From NCBI GenBank assembly GCA_002269645.1, contig NIVC01001367.1, positions 186,001 through 250,000 of the forward strand: a DNA stretch of 64,000 nucleotides, given 5' to 3'. Every line of letters begins with the position of its first letter. Within the stretch, counting starts at the first letter, position 1. Below are positions 60,353-64,000 of the stretch, piece by piece. Position numbers and translations under genes: made by a program. The stretch is from Macrostomum lignano. Taxonomy: Eukaryota. Under the pieces are notes generated by a model. It was not told the DNA's origin, did not search any database, and saw only the letters and a program-made list of their open reading frames with translations.

Positions 60353-61472
60353 TTCTGCTCATCAATATAAATCAATCATATCAGAGATGCGCCCTAATAA
60401 CAAAGTAAACTCTATAACAATAACGAGGTCCTCTAGAAAAAGCGTCTTCTAGAAATAACGGAATCGGAGTCGTATGCCCCTATCGGTTACTCTAGGGTAT
60501 CAAAATTAATCAATCAATAATCCTCTAAGTTTGTCGGAATCGGTCCGCAGATCCTATCCAATCCCTTAGGAATAGGGAGGCCTCAAATTCAATAGACTCA
60601 GTAAAATCAACTGATCAGTAACGGCCGGCAATAAAACCGCTCTCAATAATCAAATAACGAAGACTCAAACAAAGGCTCACTAATTAGTTTACTTCTCCCT
60701 CAGAGATATAGCCTCGCTTAGCTGCTTCGGCAAGCTCAAGATCTTTGGAGGCTGTTCTGAGTCTGAGATCTCAGCTAGGATTTTGGCTTGTATTTATTGG
60801 CAAGTTTTTCGACATACGACATACGTATTAATAGTAACATGATTTCTCTTTTGCTGTAAATAGTAAGACGATTCGTCTTTCATCATAAGTAGTAACATGA
60901 TACATCTTGCTATAGCATGCTTCATAGTTTCGCTGCGCATGTTAGAGTTCTTAACTGGTGATTGAAGACGGCAATCACTTTACTGGAACTAAAGTACTGG
61001 AAAGGAAGAGATGCGAACGGAGAAGCCAGCTTGCCAAAGTTGTCCGGCTCAATGGCTTTGTATTTACACGACTAATCGAAGTTAAATTGAAATTCGGATC
61101 GCATCAGCAGGCAGCTAATTAGGGATTTTGAAATTCCATACCGGGGTTTTCATTACTCGATCTCGCCAATTCTGCGCTGCGTTGACAGCGGATGGAGATC
61201 TGCATCAAAGTATCTGCCAATTCTTCAAATTGGCACTCATTTCTTGAAACTGGAAGCTGGGCTGCTGCGATGCGGAGGCGGCTTTCGGGATCGAACCAGT
61301 GCGAGATTGGCCTGAAGCATCTGAAGCATCAAATTTACCGCCAGCCCCAGCCGTGGTTCCGATTTCAATTTGCCGAATTGCTTCGATAAAAGGATTGAAA
61401 TTCTGCTTTCGAAAACCATCGGTGGAGCCTTACACGCCTCTAGTCCCTACCAGATCATTTATTAGCTGGAAC

Positions 61473-62037
61473 ATGCATTACCGGCGCCTTCTCACCGTTC
61501 TGCTAGTGTCGGTGGCTCTGGCATGCTCTGCGGCAACTCAGGGTGCGTCTGGCGTTTGTACTTGACGTACTGCTTGATAGCGGCTCTCGAGGCAGTTGAG
61601 ACCAGCCTCCCAGATCCTCAGGCTTGGCCAGCCTCCCAGATCTTCAGGCTTGGCCAGACCCAGATCCTCAGTCTTGATCCCCCTCTCAGATCCTCAGCCT
61701 TTGGCCCTACCAGATCTTCAGGCTCAGGTAAAATGGTTTTTTGCTGCTCAAAAGAGAAATCGCTCAACCCACAGAAGACAGCTATTTTGTGAGGGTCAGC
61801 GAGTCCGAGCTGCAGTTCATATGCGGCATCTGCCAGGAGTGCCGCCTGTGCAGGCAGCTGCCCGCAAGGCCGATTGACGAGGCGCTGCCCGGCCACAAGT
61901 TCGAAATCCACGTGGTGGACATGGACCCGAATCCGGTGAATCGGAGCAAGCGAATCGTCGACCTGACCAAGCCGGCCAGGTACCACTGCGGCAAGTGCCC
62001 CACCTGCTACTGCTACTACAGGGCCTGGAGGAAATAG
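61473..62037 (+). CDS. Small secreted 8-cysteine precursor, 110 aa, exons 61473-61542 and 61775-62037
   Basis: Signal peptide MHYRRLLTVLLVSVALACSAATQG and a phase-1 intron (G|GTGCGT ... CCCACAG|). The mature part has CGICQECRLC, an RSKR site and HCGKCPTCYCYYRAWRK*. Confidence 0.75.
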
Positions 62038-62436
62038 GGGCCACGGGTCGCCGAGTCAGCGTGATTTAAAAAAAATCAATCGACAAACTCTCGCGATAAC
62101 TTACTCAAGTGACAGTCGTTAAAATTTCGGATTGCCAGTTAATGTCAGGTTGCATGTATGGGCCTGAGTCTACATTGCTGTATGAAATATTGAATTCCAA
62201 TACATTGACTCAACTTCACTTGGAGTGGCAATATAGATGGTGAAAGAATGAAAAAGAAGGCAAGGTGTTTTTTGCGAGAGTTACAAGCGCATTATTAAAT
62301 AAATGTCAAGATGTTATTTGAGCATACATGTATCTAATAGGGACCAGAATAAAGGAAATTATGAACAAAGTGTCGGTGACATTCGTGAGTTTGTTCTTCA
62401 GGGCAGTTCTGAGAGAACCAGAACTCGCACTGTGCC

Positions 62437-62652
62437 ACACGCCATGCCAAACATGTTTGTAATCATGCAACATCACGCCATGCCAAACATGTTTGTAATC
62501 ATGCAACATCACGCCATGCCAAACATGTTTGTAATCATGCAACATCACGCCATGCCAAACATGTTTGTAATCATGCAACATCACGCCATGCCAAACATGT
62601 TTGTAATCATGCAACATCACGCCATGCCAAACATGTTTGTAATCATGCAACA
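62437..62652. repeat. 36-bp tandem repeat (6 copies)
   Basis: Unit CACGCCATGCCAAACATGTTTGTAATCATGCAACAT. Confidence 0.95.
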
Positions 62653-63154
62653 TGCAACAATATACTCGTAATCATACAAAATCGAGTTCGTGCACACAAG
62701 GTTGAAAATTTGCTGTCTATTTTTGCTGATATTGGAAAACAAAGATTTAAATGGACAACCGCTTCAATTGGACAACCAATCAATTAAATAGAAACCTACA
62801 TGTACTCCTAATCAACTAATTCAGACACGCTCTAGTTATCCTTCTTCACGACAGATTTTGATGCAGATTTCGATCCATACTTAAGAATGCAGAACGCATT
62901 CAATTGACTGTTTCCAGACACAATTTGCTCGGTGCGAGTTGGAAAGTGCATCCTACTGCTGTGCTCAAGCTTCGCCCTGGTGTTTAGCATATAGCAACCA
63001 GCTATCTTTGGTCTTGAGATCGGGCAGAAAATTGGCCTGTTCGAGCCCGGCAATATGAGCGGAATTCGCTCTTGGAGCAAACGAGGCGCGTTTACTAACA
63101 GCAGTTTGACGCCAGTTGGGTGGGCCTTCACCGCCTGGATGGCGATCTTTGGTT

Positions 63155-64000
63155 CGATGTATACATTTATCAGGGAGTGGGGTGGGTGTTTTGCGGGTTC
63201 GATATATACATTTATCAGGGAGTGGGGTGGGTGTTTTGCGGGTTCGATATATACATTTATCAGGGAGTGGGGCGGGTGTTTTGCGGGTTCGATATATACA
63301 TTTATCAGGGAGTGGGGTGGGTGTTTTGCGGGTTCGATATATACATTTATCAGGGAGTGGGGTGGGTGTTTTGCGGGTTCGATATATACATTTATCAGGG
63401 AGTGGGGTGGGTGTTTTGCGGTTCGATATATACATTTATCAGGGAGTGGGGTGGGTGTTTTGCGGTTCGATATATACATTTATCAGGGAGTGGGGTGGGT
63501 GTTTTGCGGGTTCGATATATACATTTATCAGGGAGTGGGGTGGGTGTTTTGCGGGTTCGATATATACATTTATCAGGGAGTGGGGTGGGTGTTTTGCGGG
63601 TTCGATATATACATTTATCAGGGAGTGGGGTGGGTGTTTTGCGGGTTCGATATATACATTTATCAGGGAGTGGGGTGGGTGTTTTGCGGGTTCGATATAT
63701 ACATTTATCAGGGAGTGGGGTGGGTGTTTTGCGGGTTCGATATATACATTTATCAGGGAGTGGGGTGGGTGTTTTGCGGGTTCGATATATACATTTATCA
63801 GGGAGTGGGGTGGGTGTTTTGCGGGTTCGATATATACATTTATCAGGGAGTGGGGTGGGTGTTTTGCGGGTTCGATATATACATTTATCAGGGAGTGGGG
63901 TGGGTGCTCTGCGGGTTCGATATATACATTTATCAGGGAGTGGGGTGGGTGTTTTGCGGGTTCGATATACATTTATCAGGGAGTGGGGTGGGTGTTTTGC
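63155..64000. repeat. 45-bp G-rich tandem repeat running off the window end
   Basis: Unit ATATATACATTTATCAGGGAGTGGGGTGGGTGTTTTGCGGGTTCG. Confidence 0.95.

Noticed and set aside
61775-62037. Insulin-like peptide
   Set aside because: It lacks the A-chain CC-x3-C-x8-C and B-chain patterns, despite the two-module plus dibasic layout.
62832-63150. Minus-strand exon(s), e.g. IAIQAVKAHPTGVKLL resembling a WD40 strand
   Set aside because: Too short, frame and splice sites are ambiguous, and any upstream exons would lie beyond the window.

Overview
Eukaryotic (animal) genomic DNA. It has GC-rich spliced genes, introns filled with gene-specific minisatellites, and patches of decayed DNA transposons. 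This architecture resembles the flatworm Macrostomum lignano, but that assignment is an inference and is not verified. Gene models were built by hand from GT/GC-AG sites with matching phases. They include an SLC7 L-type amino-acid transporter light chain, a membrane-anchored tandem-MATH protein, a 7-exon SSUH2 homolog, a two-CCCH zinc-finger protein, and an uncharacterised protein of about 1020 aa with beta-rich internal repeats. They also include a CIMIP2/FAM166-type ciliary protein with a GC-AG intron, a TMX1/4-like thioredoxin, and a 110-aa secreted 8-Cys precursor with a furin-type site. The highlight is a tandem cluster of three 7-exon genes (36.8-46.5 kb) that the ORF track fragments. 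Each encodes a compact, highly divergent Rel/NF-kB-type protein (RHD + IPT + basic NLS-like motif + short tail, no ankyrin repeats). Also present are two mariner relics, a LINE 3' fragment, a tRNA-derived SINE, several MITEs with TSDs, over 20 tandem-repeat arrays, two nearly CpG-free belts, and a 28S-rRNA-like 64-nt segment found twice in inverted orientation. All alignments and counts were done by eye.
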